Source: Octopus sinensis
Lineage: Eukaryota
Length of the DNA: 64,000 nucleotides
Direction: 5' to 3'
NCBI RefSeq assembly: GCF_006345805.1
Contig: NC_043008.1
Location: 54,374,001 to 54,438,000, forward strand
The notes under the pieces are model-generated. The model made no database searches and was not told the DNA's origin. It worked only from the letters and a program-made list of their open reading frames with translations. A program made the position numbers and the translations under genes. Of this stretch, positions 51,465 through 63,842 are shown in pieces (the first letter of the stretch is position 1; every line of letters begins with the position of its first letter).

Positions 51465-52349
51465 GGTTGGTACGTGTTGTACAATTGTTATTCCCAACGA
51501 GAACCATATGGCCCTCCTCATGGACCTTAATACATTTGAAGTCTTGACACACGGTATTTTTGTGTAATATTGGGGAAAATCACTTGAAGAAATTTACGAC
51601 TAGCTCACAGGTGTGCTGACGCTGGAAACCTGAGAAGAGTTCTTTCCTAAGGGTACCACATTTACAAAAACGGTTGAGAATGGTCGATGTAAAATATTTG
51701 GTTACCTAAGTACATCCACGAAGGTTGAAATAAAAATTCAATGTTTACCGGGTTTGAAAATGAAGCACTAAAAAGAAAAGGCATTTTGGCCGATGTTCTG
51801 CTAGTTCTTCCGTTCCACAATAGTAAACTCTGTTGTTTGCACACATTTATTTATTTATTCGAGTGTACAAATGATATTTTTAATATTATTTTTTTTAGTG
51901 TAGAAATTATTAATTTTCATATAATAAAAAATAATAAATCTCTTTTCTAAGTAAATTAACAGTCATGGTTGTTGTTTTTGTTGTATGAATATTTTACGGA
52001 AGCTTTTTAAAAACATTTTAGTTCATACTTCGCCCAACACTGTTTTATTGAGAGGACGTGGGTCGCAGAATCTTCCACGATGGAATTTTGAACGACTCAA
52101 CGAGGGAGGGCTTTACTAAGCAGTCCATCGGCATGCTAGAAACAGCAGCCAAATCTTCGTCAACTTTGGGATCTTAAATACGTACGACATAATAGATAAT
52201 GTAGTTGTAAACACAACACCTTGATAAAACATGGTGGTCACAGTTGGAACGCCTCTGGTCACAGGTCTGCTAAACGATTGTAATAGCTAATGTAGCCGGC
52301 CGTGTTTTAAGCATTAACTAATAATAAGTAGCATGTTGAAAGCCGAGCT

Positions 52350-52422
52350 GGGGAATTAGCTCAGATGGTAGAGCGCTCGCTTAGCATGCGAGAGGTACCG
52401 GGATCGATGCCCGGATTCTCCA
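52350..52422 (+). tRNA. tRNA-Ala (anticodon AGC), intact
   Basis: 73-nt cloverleaf GGGGAATTAGCTCAGATGGTAGAGCGCTCGCTTAGCATGCGAGAGGTACCGGGATCGATGCCCGGATTCTCCA with the G3:U70 Ala identity pair and A73, followed by T-runs (Pol III terminator). Confidence 0.95.
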
Positions 52423-52570
52423 ACTAACAATTTTTATTTCTTTTTGTGCTTTGGCATGTAAAATGGGGGTTTTTTCTCCTTCGACACACATCACCAAGCG
52501 AAAATAAAGTAATGATTTGTAACTGGAATGTTGTTATAATGACAATAATTATTATTGTTGTCTTTTATAG

Positions 52571-52680
52571 CCAGAAGAGAATGTATTGGCAGACGACGTG
52601 ATTGGTGAGTGCCTTTCATTGCTCGAAAAGATAGGTGATGGTCTCGCGTACACCTACATACGGCTTGATTGCAGCAACAG
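52571..52680 (+). CDS. LRRC23: LRRC23 exon
   Basis: ttatag/gtaagt. PEENVLADDVIGECLSLLEKIGDGLAYTYIRLDCSNR resembles vertebrate LRRC23 EGLSLLCKTGNGLAHAYVKL (recalled, not searched). Confidence 0.9.
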
Positions 52681-52955
52681 GTAAGTTGTTGGGCATACGG
52701 ATTATTTCTTCTTTAGGTTTACATGTTTTGTCTGTTTTGTCTGTTTTTGAATTTTTTTTTTGTTTTTTTAAATTGTTTATTATTTTTTTTTTTTAGATAT
52801 GAATTTTCAAAAACGGTGCCATTTGTGGTTTCGGGTTTAGCCCCCATTGTGTAACACTCTGGGCAAGCGTCTTCTGCTACTAATATAGCACCAGATCAAC
52901 TAAAGACTTGTGAGTGGATTTGGTAGATGGAAACTGAAAGAAACCCCTCATGTAT

Positions 52956-53000
<45 letters not shown>

Positions 53001-53049
53001 AATATATATATACATATATATATAAATATATATATACACACACACACAC

Positions 53050-53082
<33 letters not shown>

Positions 53083-53948
53083 GAGGTGCAATGGCCCAGT
53101 GGTTAGGGCAGCAGACTCGTGGTCGTAGGATCGCGGATTCGATTCCCAGACCGGGCATTGTGAGTGTTTATTGAGCGAAAACACCTAAAAGCTCCACAAG
53201 GCTCCGGCAGGTGGTGGTGATCCCTGCTGTACTCCTTCACCACTCTTTCTCTCACTCTTTCTTCTGTTGGCCTGCTCGCGAAGGCTAAAACAATGTGAAG
53301 CGCATTGTGATTAGCGATGTGTGGCAACATCTGATGCTCCAGTCGGTCACAGGCATGGCTGTGTGGAAAGAAGCTTGTTTCCCAACCACATGGTTCTGGG
53401 TTCAGTCCTACAGTATAGCACCATGGGGAAGTGTCTCCTGCTATAGCCTCGGACCAACCAAAACCTTGTGAGTGGATTTGGCAGATGGAAACTAAAAGAA
53501 GCCTGTTGTGTGTGTCTTTGCATCTGTGTTTAGCCCCCACAACCATCACTTGACAACTGATGTGCCTGATGAATATGCTTGAGATATTTCTCAAAATATG
53601 GAACTATTAGTAGCGCTTAAAGACATGTATTGTGTCCTTTAAATAAATAATATTCATCCCTCACCAGATGGAGTAACTTTTTGTTGATCTTTCTATCACA
53701 GAGCAGTACATTCATATATATATATATATATATATATAAAAATTACCTTTTATCAATTCATAAATGAAAAATTAAATTATACCGTTTAGAAAAAATTCAT
53801 ATTATAGAAAGATTAAATATAAAATAAAACATATAACAATGATTAAGTAATGTGCAAAATAATAAATAAAACGTATATATTTTGTGAAATTTGATTTAGT
53901 ATTTCTAAATTGAAATTTTCCCTGTAAGTTTGGAATAATATTCCCTCA

Positions 53949-53983
<35 letters not shown>

Positions 53984-54048
53984 TATTATTATTATATATA
54001 TATATATGACAATTATTCAATAGCCAAGATAAAACTCTGAGTACATTC

Positions 54049-54080
<32 letters not shown>

Positions 54081-54081
54081 G

Positions 54082-54692
54082 ACACGTAAAAGCACCATCC
54101 GTTCGTGGCCGTTTGCCAGCTCTGTCTGGCCCCGTGTCGGTGGCACGTAAAAGCACCATCCGTCCGTGTCTGTTGCCAGCCTCGGCTGGCCCCCGTGCCG
54201 GTGACACGTAAAAACACCGTCCGCTCGTGGCCGTTTGCCAGCTCTGTCTGGCAACCGTGTCGGTGGCACGTAAAAGCACCATCCGTTCGCGTCCGTTGCC
54301 AGCCTCGGCTGGCCCCCGTGCCGGTGACACGTAAAAGCACCGTCCGTTCGTGGCCGGTTGCCAGCTCTGTCTGGCCCCGTGTCGGTGGCACGTAAAAGCA
54401 CCATCCGTTCGTGTCCGTTGCCAGCATCGCCTGGCCCCGTGCCGGTGACACGTAAAAGCACCATCCGTTCGTGGCCGTTCGCCAGCTCTGTCTCGCACCT
54501 GTGCAGGTGGCACATAAAAAACACCCACTACACTCGCGGAGTGGTTGGCTTTAGGAAGGGCATCCAGCCGTAGAAACACTGCCAGATCTGACTGGGCCTG
54601 ACGAAGCCTTCCAGCTTCACAGACCCCAGTTGACCCGTCCAACCCATGCTAGCATGGAAAACGGACGCTAAACGATGATGATGATGATGATG
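54082..54692 (+). mobile_element. Retroelement family D 3' region: seven ~61-bp internal units plus (GAT)n tail
   Basis: CACGTAAAAGCACC units, then TTAGGAAGGGCATCCAGC...CCCATGCTAGCATGG...AAAC(GAT)n. The tail resembles RTE-clade 3' UTRs (recalled). Confidence 0.8.
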
Positions 54693-55052
54693 AAATCCAC
54701 AACACCATCTCTTTGAAGAGATGGTGTTGTGGATTCCCACCTCGGCATCCAAAACTCAGAGTCTTATCTTGGCTATTGAATAATTGTCACATATTATTTT
54801 ACAGATAAATTCCTCTATTTACATAATATTGAGATCTCTTTCTTTTGTTATCTTACCGTTTTTGATCTCTTGAGCACCACCAGCAAAAAAATTTTTTTCC
54901 TCTGTCTTCCCTTCTCGGGATCTTTCCTTCTCCTTTGTTTCCAACGAAGAGCTCCGCTCGAAGCGTTAAACCCTCCTTCCCTTCTTTCCTGAGCATCAAA
55001 TAATACTTTAATTGTTCCACGTCCTCGCGTTGCTGTGTTTTCTTGTTTGGAT

Positions 55053-55098
<46 letters not shown>

Positions 55099-55356
55099 CA
55101 CACACACACACACGCACACACACACACAATGGTCTTCTTTCAGTTTCTGTCTACAAAATCCACTCGTAAGGCTTTGGTCAGCTCAGGGCTATAGTAGAAG
55201 ACACTTGCCCAAGGTGCCACAGAGAGACTGAACTCAGAACCATGTTGGGGTTAGTAGCCCGTGCTCTTAACCACTACGCCACGTTGTCGATACGTAAACC
55301 CCTTAACGCACAACCACGCCTGCACCTGAATGCTGTACGCACGTATGTATGTATGC

Positions 55357-55746
55357 GTGGATGCGCAATGGCCCAGCAGTTAGGGCAGCAGACTCGTGGT
55401 CATAGGATCGCGGTTTCAATTCCCAGACCGGGCGTTGTGAGTGTTTATTGAGCGAAAACACCTAAAAAGCTCCACGATGCTCCGGCAGGGATGGTGGTGA
55501 TCCCTGCTGTACTCTTTCACCACAACTTTCTCTCACTCTTACTTCCTGTTTCTGTTGTGCCTGTATTTCAAAGGGCCGGCCTTGTCACTCTCTGTGTCAT
55601 GCTGAATATATCCCCGAGAACTGCGTTAAGGGTACACGTGTCTGTGGAGTGCTCAGCCACTTACACGTTAATTTCACGAGCAGGCTGTTCCGTTGATCGG
55701 ATCAACCGGAACCCTCATCGTCGTAACCGACGGAGTGCTTCCATCC
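55357..55746 (+). mobile_element. SINE family C, full length (another head at ~53080)
   Basis: Near-identical to 20427..20815; 12-bp low-complexity TSD ATGTATGTATGC. Confidence 0.9.
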
Positions 55747-55803
55747 ATGTATGTATGCATGTGTGTATATAATGTTCATGTGCTCTTATTTTTTATTTGC
55801 CAG

Positions 55804-56060
55804 GGAGCTAACCAACATATCCATTCTTGAGCGATATATTCATTTGAGAATTATTGATGTGAGCAACAATCAGTTATCCAGCTTAAGCCCTTTGGACTAC
55901 TTACCAAATCTGTTGTCTCTGAAAGCAGACAGAAACATCATTGAAAACGTGGACATTAAGCCACATGCTTTTTTACAATATATTTCCATGAATAATAATA
56001 AGATCGAGGAGATTTCTGAAGGCATGTCACACCCCCTCGTCAGACATATAGACCTCGCTG
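55804..56060 (+). CDS. LRRC23: LRRC23 exon (LRRs)
   Basis: gccag/gtaagt, phase 2/1. ELTNISILERYIHLRIIDVSNNQLSSLSPLDYLPNLLSLKADRN...SHPLVRHIDLA, with LRR pattern and LRRC23-like YIHLR/LKAD motifs. Confidence 0.93.
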
Positions 56061-56577
56061 GTAAGTATAACTTATTTCTGTGAGGACAACTTTGCTGTCC
56101 AATGTTTGTTTCCTCTATCATTTGTCTTTTACTTTTTACATGCTTCAATCGAGGGAGGGCTTTACTAAGCAGTCCCTCGGTATGCTAGAAACAGCAGCCA
56201 AATCTTTGTCAACTTTGGGATCTTAGATAGGTTCAACATAGCAGGTGGCACGTAAAAAGCACCCACTACACTCACGGAGTGGTTGGCGTTAGGAAGGGCA
56301 TCCAGCTGTAGAAACACTGCCAGATCAGACTGGAGCCTGGTGCAGCCTTCTTGCTTCCCAGATCCCCGGTCGAACCGTCCAACCCATGCTAGCATGGAGA
56401 ACGGACGTTAAACGATGATGATGATGATGTAGTTGTAAACACAATGCCTTGATAAAACATGGTGGTCACAGTTGGAATGCCTGTGGTCACAGGTCTGCTA
56501 AGTGATTATAAAAGCTAATGTAGCCGGCTATGTTTTAAGCATTAACTAATAATAAGTAGCATGTTGAAAGCTGAGCT

Positions 56578-56650
56578 GGGGAATTAGCTCAGATGGTAGA
56601 GCGCTTGCTTAGCATGCGAGAGGTACTGGGATCAATGCCCGGATTCTCCA
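56578..56650 (+). tRNA. tRNA-Ala (AGC) second copy, possibly decaying
   Basis: Differs from 52350..52422 at 3 positions, all CpG transitions: two create G:U wobbles and one is in the T-loop/B box. Confidence 0.8.
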
Positions 56651-57617
56651 ACTTAAAATTTTTATTTCTTTTTGTGGCAGGGCACCAACCTCCTTAAATG
56701 ATTTAGTCAATCAAATCTCCCACCACCATCGCCACCCCTCATCAGTAATTAGTCTAGTGCTTATACTATCAATTCGTTTTGCCAGACTGCTAAGTTGCAG
56801 GGATGCAAACAAAGCAGCTCTTGTCAAACTGTCCAACTAAAGGACCTCCTCGACCCAGAAAACATCCTTAACTCCCAGACAGAAATCTTCAGACCCTGCT
56901 TGCATTTCAGGAATTTCCTGCTGGCATCCTGGGATCCACATGCCAACAGGGTCAATTACAAATAGTGATCAAAGGGAGATGATCCCTTGTTGTTGACAGA
57001 GTAACAAAGTCTTTTCCTCCTCCATTTCCTAGAGAGGCCATAGGCCAACGGGTTTAGGGGGTCAAGAGAAATGTTGTAAAGTTAAGCACTTTATGAACAT
57101 AAAACCCAGGGTAACCACATGGACTGGCCATATCTATCATATATATCTATTATATATATAGATAGATAGATAGATAGATAATGTGGAAGGTGCATGGCTA
57201 AGTGGTTAAGGTATTCAGCTCACGGTCATAAGGTCATGAGTTCAGTTCCAGCCAACACATTGTATCCTTGGACAAGACACTTTATTTCACATTGCTCCAA
57301 CCCTGCCAGATCAGACTGGAGCCTGGTGCAGCCTCCTGGCTTCCCAGACCCCAGTCGAACCGTCCAACCCATGCTAGCATAGAAAACGGACGTTAAACAA
57401 TGATGATGATGATGATGATGTCATCACTTAATAATTTTTCTGTGATGTCATGTCATCATTTAACGACCGTTCGGTTGTAGCATCAGTTAACAATTATACT
57501 GTAGCATCATCACTTCACAACTACATTATCGTGTCAATTGTATTGTAATCTAACGAGTAAGTAAAATCTAGAAATTTGCTGTTTGTTGACATTTCTTTGT
57601 TTTTGACTTTGTTCCAG

Positions 57618-57748
57618 GCAACAGAATCAAGGAACTATCACAATTGAATGAAGAGAATTACCCTAAACTTGCCATTCTCAAACTCCAAGAGAATGCTATT
57701 GAAACCATCAAAGACATCAATCTACCAAGTCTAACATCGCTTTCACTT
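57618..57748 (+). CDS. LRRC23: LRRC23 exon (LRRs)
   Basis: ttccag/gtgagt, phase 1/0. GNRIKELSQLNEENYPKLAILKLQENAIETIKDINLPSLTSLSL. Confidence 0.9.
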
Positions 57749-57957
57749 GTGAGTCATAATTTCTAAATCTTTGACCTTGATTTAAATTTTGCCAAAATAT
57801 ATATCTTTTATATTTTACCTGTTTCAGTCATTGGACTGTGGCCATGCCGGAGCATTGCTTTGATGGGGTTTTAGTCAAAGAAATTAACCCCAGTACTTCT
57901 TTTACAAAGCCTGGTATAAACACATCAAAACACAAAGACACCCATGCATATATGTAA

Positions 57958-58352
57958 TCATCATCATCATCATCATCATCGTTTAACGTCCGTTCTCCAT
58001 GCTAGCATGGGTTGGACGGTTCGACCGGGGATCTGGGAAGCCAGAAGGCTGCACCAGGCTCCGGTCTTATCTGGCAATGTTTCTACAGCTGGATGCCCTT
58101 CCTAACGCCAACTACTCCGAGACTGTAATGGGTGCTTTTTACGTGCTACCTGCACTGGTGCCAGGTGAGGCTGGCATCGGCCACAGTCGGATTGGTGCAT
58201 TTTACGTGCCACCTGCACGGAAGCCAGTCAAGGCGGCGCTGGCTTCGGCCACGATTCGGATGGTGCTTTTTACATGCCACCGATACAGAAGCCAGTCGAG
58301 GCGGCACTGGCTTCGGCCACGATTCGGATGGTGCTTTTTACGTGCCACCGAC
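57958..58352 (-). mobile_element. Family D 3' region with internal tandem units (other pieces at 56241..56429, 57181..57420, ~63.0 kb, 63920..64000)
   Basis: (CAT)n then the reverse complement of the same tail and CACGTAAAAAGCACC units. Confidence 0.8.
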
Positions 58353-59054
58353 GTATATTTAAATACACAATGGTTGCTGGATTTGATCATTGGTTGCTGG
58401 ATTTGTGTTTACTGTCCTCACTCAAGTGGTTGACAGTTGTCTGGACTGGTGAGCTATTGTGTTAATGGTATTTCCTCTTTCTGTATACTCTGGAAAGAGA
58501 AAATAACATTGTTATTGAGTGAGAGAGCAGTGCATACCATAATCTACCCATCATGACTACCCGTCTGATAAGGGTACACCAGGCACATGCATCACAACCA
58601 GATATGCATGACATGGAAATATCATATCAAGATAAACAGTGCATGACTTTACAAATGGGGCCCCGTTAGAATTTCCTTCAGTTCCAGCAGCTCATCCTGC
58701 TCAAAAGGTCCCTGAATAAGGTTTGTTTAAGGATATTGAACAAAACACCTATATTTCTAGAGGTGAATTATTCAACCTCCAAAGAATTCCTCTCAACACA
58801 TGGCTATGATGCTCCCCCACTACTTCTGCTCGTGATCAGAGATGCACATATTGTCAGCCACCAAGGTACATGCTCAATTGGTTAAGATCAAACAACTGAC
58901 AAGCAAATCTATGGTATTGAGCAGAATATTTGCTGTAGCTCATCTTTTATACCAAGACAAAACAATGTACATGATAACACTTCCAATCAGTTAAGATCAG
59001 AAGCCACGAGAGCCATTGCCTGGTACTGCATCAGGGTATTTATTATTATTATTA

Positions 59055-59091
<37 letters not shown>

Positions 59092-59122
59092 TATTATTAT
59101 TATTATTATTATCATTATTATT

Positions 59123-59443
59123 ATATGTTTGACTTTTGCTTTACATTTGTACAAGTTGACTCCAAGTCTCACCCAGAGACCTCAAGAGACAACAAGTTGA
59201 AAGTTCATATTGGTGTTATGCCTAGGGTGCCTTTGGTTTTGTACTTAGTGTTGTACTAGTGAATGTTTAAAAAACCATAAGAAAATTATGTTTGTTTTCA
59301 AACTTGAGATTATATAGAAAGTATTTTGTGTAGGATATGAGCAGTTCCCATGAGCACTATCTTTTGAATTTCTGCCATTTTGGGGTTTCCTGGTATCTGA
59401 GTTAGGTAGAAATCAGCCCCTTTTGCTATCATTCCCAGGACAC
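59123..59443 (-). mobile_element. Dong/R4-like non-LTR 3' end within (TAA)n
   Basis: VLGMIAKG...QIPGNPKMAEIQKIVLMGTAHILHKILSI*, flanked by (TAT)n on both sides. Confidence 0.7.
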
Positions 59444-60276
59444 TATTATTATTATTACAGTACATGCTAGTGTGTAAGACATGCATGTTTTTATTCTTAA
59501 ACGACAAAAGATTGCCATGTATCTAATACGACTGTACTAAAGGTGTGATACCCAGTGTATGGGTGTATGATGAAACATTAACCCTTTAGCATTCAGATTA
59601 TTCTATCAAATGCAATATTTATTTATTCAAATTGCTTTGAATTAATCATGCCTTTATCTCATAGCTTTGAGATTTCAATGATGCGATTGTTTATTTTTAG
59701 AATTACATTGCAGAATAGGTTTGAGAGGCCAGATTTAGTCATTTTCTCCATAAAAAAGGTAGAATATTTGGGTCCAATATGATCAGTTTAAATGCTAAAG
59801 GATTAACTTTTTTCCACCCAAAAATTTGGGGTTTCATTTTTGGATTTGGTTTGCAAGATTCTTTATATGAGTTTGTGTGTTGAAGCATATTCTGTTGTCT
59901 GGAGAGAGTCATTTTCTTTTTGTGCCTTATAATGTAACACACTCACCAGTAAAATATCCACTTATTTCTTATTTCTATTTTCCTAAAATTTTCGTTGCAT
60001 CTTGCAACCTTTTCAAAACTATTGAAAAGGTTGCAAGACGCAACAAAAGTTTTCGGAAAATAAAAATAAGTGGAAATTTTACCGGTGAGTGTATTACATT
60101 ATGAGGCACAAAAAGAAAATGACTCTCCCCAGACACAACAGAATTTGGGGTTTGTCTATTGTGAAAGTGCACCTTATATAGTGGCAAACAGTATTTTCAT
60201 CTCCCAACTTTTATCTCCAGATGGATGTTAGAAGATAATTGTGTTTAATCCATTCCTTTGTTGTCTGTATTTGTAG

Positions 60277-60413
60277 GGTCATAATAAGATGACAGATTTT
60301 CAGTGGATCTCGAATCTGGTTAATTTAGAATTCTTAGAAATAAACAACAATTCTATAGACAGGCTTGATGGATTTAACGACAACATGAAGAAACTGAAAT
60401 ACATTGACCTGAA
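60277..60413 (+). CDS. LRRC23: LRRC23 exon (LRRs)
   Basis: ttgtag/gtaggt, phase 0/2. GHNKMTDFQWISNLVNLEFLEINNNSIDRLDGFNDNMKKLKYIDL. Confidence 0.9.
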
Positions 60414-60880
60414 GTAGGTTTTCTTTTAAACTATTTAGTTTATTGATTTGTCTGTTTATATTCTCCTATTTTTATACTATTTATATCAACACCTTTCTCA
60501 CACATATCATACCAAACACCTTTGACCTCCTCCTCCTCACATTTGACCTTTGACCTCTGTCTTCCATTCAACCCCAGCCACACATCAATTCATATATTCT
60601 TGATGTATTTCCATCACAATTTATACAAGAGTAAAGACTAAAATATTTATATGGGAGATAAATGGAAGCAAACAAAGAGAGAAGGCAAGAGGAACTTGTA
60701 TTATAATTTCAGACCGGTCAATATATATATATATATTAGTCCAAGCAGTTTGGCTGTTGACCTTCACCAAAAAAACAAAAAATTGTTTCAGGCTATTTAC
60801 TACTATATTCTGATTTTAAATAGAATGTTTGACCCTTCTGATACCAACCAACCCAAGACCTCCTCTACACCTAGGATAAT

Positions 60881-61299
60881 CTTTTACTCTTTTACTTGTT
60901 TCAGTCATGTGACTGTGGCCATGCTGGAGCACCGCCTTTACTCTAGCACATCGATCCCAAGATTTATTCTTTGTAAGCCTTGTACTTATTCTATCGGTTC
61001 TCTTTTGCTGAACTGGTAAGTTACAGTAACATAAACACACCAGCATCGGTTGTCAAGCGATGTTGAGGAGAGAAACACAGACGCACAAACATACACACAC
61101 ACATACACACACATATATATATATATACATATATACGACGGGCTTCTTTCAGTTTCCGTCTACCAAATCCACTCTCAAGGCTTTGGTCGGCCTGAGGCTA
61201 TAGTAGAAGACACTTGCCTAAGGTGCCACGCAGTGGGACTGAACCCAGAACCATGTGGTTGGTAAGCAAGCTATTTACCACACAGCTACTCCTACGCCT
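60881..61299 (-). mobile_element. SINE family A
   Basis: Full-length match. Confidence 0.9.
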
Positions 61300-61506
61300 A
61301 TATAGGATACTAATTTCTTGTTGAAAATGATCTCAAATTAAAACCTTCCATCAAATTTCCATCTTAATTTGTGTTCCAAAAACCAGCTTTATAAGGATAA
61401 AGCTATTTCGCTAAATTCCTCATTATTTTCAAAATTAATTGAAACAAAACCAGTCTACTTCAAGAGAAATATGGTGACAAAAGAGTTACATTTTTTTTTC
61501 TTTTTT

Positions 61507-62276
61507 TGCCCACAAGGGGCTACACACAGAGGGGACAAACAAGGACAGTCAAAGGGACTAAGTCGATTACATCGACCCTAATGCGCTACTGGTACTTAAT
61601 TTATCGACCCAAAAGGATGAAAGGCACAGTCGACCTCAGCGGAATTTGAACTCAGAACGTAACAGCTGACAAAATATTTATTTCTTTACTACCCACAAGG
61701 GACTAAACACAGAGGGGACAAACAAGGACAGACAAACGGATTAAGTCGATTATATCGACCCCAGTGCGTAACTGGTACTTATTTAATCAACCCCAAAAAG
61801 ATGACAGGCAAAGTCGACCTCTGCGGAATTTGAACTCAGAATGTGACAGCTGACAAATTATTTATTTCTTTACTGCCCACAAGGGGCTACACACAGAGGG
61901 GACAAGCAAGGACAACAAAGGGATTAAGTCAATTATATCGACCCCAGTGCATAACTGGTACTTAATTTATCGACCCCGAAAGGATGAAAGGCAAAGTTGA
62001 CCTCGGCGGAATTTGAACTCAGAACGTAACAGCAGACGAAATACCTATTTCTCTACTACCCACAAGGGGCTAAACACAGAGAGGACAAACAAGGACAGAC
62101 ACATGGATTAAGTCGATTATATCAACCCCAATGCGTAACTGGTGCTTATTTAATCGACCCCAAAAGGATGAAAGGCAAAGTCGACCTCGGTGGAATTTGA
62201 ACTCAGAACGTAGCGGCAGACGAAATGCCGCTAAGCATTTCGCCCGGCGTGCTAACGTTTCTGCCAGCTTGCTGCC
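61507..62276 (-). mobile_element. SINE family B tetramer with diverged units (other B monomers near 17.4, 22.1, 24.4, 24.8, 30.2 and 46.4 kb)
   Basis: Four ~185-bp units and one head. Confidence 0.9.
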
Positions 62277-62502
62277 TTAAAGGAGTTCCGCATTTTGACT
62301 TGTTATTACATCCCCTCGTGCATCATTGTTCCTTTCAATGAAGTCCAAAAGAAAAACAGAATTTCCTGATTGGCAAAGTGGCAGTGAGTGACACCAAAAA
62401 AAAGATGTCACAGATCATGTGATTTCATGAGAAAGTCAGTTAACTGTTAGTACTGGTTTAATATTGGTTAGTATTACAACTTAATACATCATCATTAAGA
62501 GT

Positions 62503-62910
62503 AGGCGCAGGAGTGGCTGTGTGGTAAGTAGCTTGTTTACCAACCACATGGTTCCAGGTTCAGTCCCACTGCGTGGCACCTTGGGCAAGTGTCTTCTACT
62601 ATAGCCTCGGGCCGACCAAAGCCTTGTGAGTGAATTTGGTAGACGGAAACTGAAAGAAGCCTGTCGTATATATGTTTAGGTACATGTATGTGTGTGTATA
62701 TGTTTGTATGTCTGTGTTTGTCCCTCTTGAAAACTGATGGTGGTGTGTTTGCATCCCTGTAACTTAGCGGTTCGGCAAAAGAGACTGATAGAATAAGTAC
62801 TAGGCTTACAAAGAATAAGTCGTGGGGTCGATTTGCTCGACTAAAGGCAGTGCTCCAGCATGGCCGCAGTCAAATGACTGAAACAAATAAAAGAGAGAGT
62901 AAAAGAGAGT
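62503..62910 (+). mobile_element. SINE family A (further partial copies near 46.0, 48.3, 48.6, 52.9, 53.4 and 63.6 kb)
   Basis: Full-length match. Confidence 0.9.
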
Positions 62911-63432
62911 AATCACATCATTGAAACCTTAAAGCTGCAAAATAATGCTTGGTTAAGTTACATCATCATCATCATCATCATCATCATTAAACATCTGTGT
63001 TCCCTGCTGTTTCCATGGATTGGATGATTTGAGAGGAACTGGCCAGGCAGAAGACTGCCCCATGCTTCTGCATCTGTTTTGGCATGGGTTCTTTTTTTTT
63101 TATGGCTGGATGCCCTTCCTAACACGAACCACCCTGCAGAGTGGACTCAGTGCTTTTTACATGGCACCAGTACAGGCAAGATCAGTTTCAACATGGTTTC
63201 TGCAGCTGATTGCCCTTCCAAATGCCAACCACTTTACAGTGTTTTACTGAATGCTTTTTCAAGTGGCACCAGCACTGACAGGGTCACCAAGTAAACTTGC
63301 AAGATAAAGACCCTGTGAATAAATAAGCATTACTTTTGACAGAATAATCTGTCAAAAGGGTCAAATATTCAACCATTGAGCAAAATATTGTCATCCCTTT
63401 GCACTCTGTCCATTTTCCTTCTTCTATTTCAG

Positions 63433-63509
63433 AGAGAATATCGTTGACGAGTTGAGCGAAGTAGAAAAACTGACCTGTCTACCAGCTCTTACTATTTTGT
63501 TGCTGACCG
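63433..63509 (+). CDS. LRRC23: LRRC23 exon; gene continues beyond window
   Basis: tttcag/gtaagt, phase 2/1. KENIVDELSEVEKLTCLPALTILLLT resembles GNMVANLGELAKLRDLPKLRALVL. Confidence 0.88.
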
Positions 63510-63651
63510 GTAAGTCTCACATCTCACAACTTATTATCATATTGGCAATATTTATGCTCATAGGCGTGGGAGCGGCTGTGTTGTAAGTAGCTTGCTTACG
63601 AACCACATGGTTCTGGGTTCAGTCCCAGACGGAAACTGAAAGAAGCCCGTC

Positions 63652-63696
<45 letters not shown>

Positions 63697-63842
63697 GGAG
63701 TAAACACATAAATGTGAAACAAGGTGGAAAAAAGAGTACTCAAATACCAGTGGTAGAGTAATATGCTTTATTTAAAGCAGCAGAAAATTCAACAAAACCT
63801 GTTACTGTGAGTTTCCCGTTGCTGTTCATCGGCTAGCAAAAA

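Noticed and set aside
53574-53610. CTGATGA followed by a small hairpin
   Set aside because: No GAAA or stem III downstream.
54938-54972. HHR-like GAAGAGCTCCGCTCGAAGCGTT
   Set aside because: The core is mutated at both CUGA and GAAA; treated as a dead relative, not a ribozyme.
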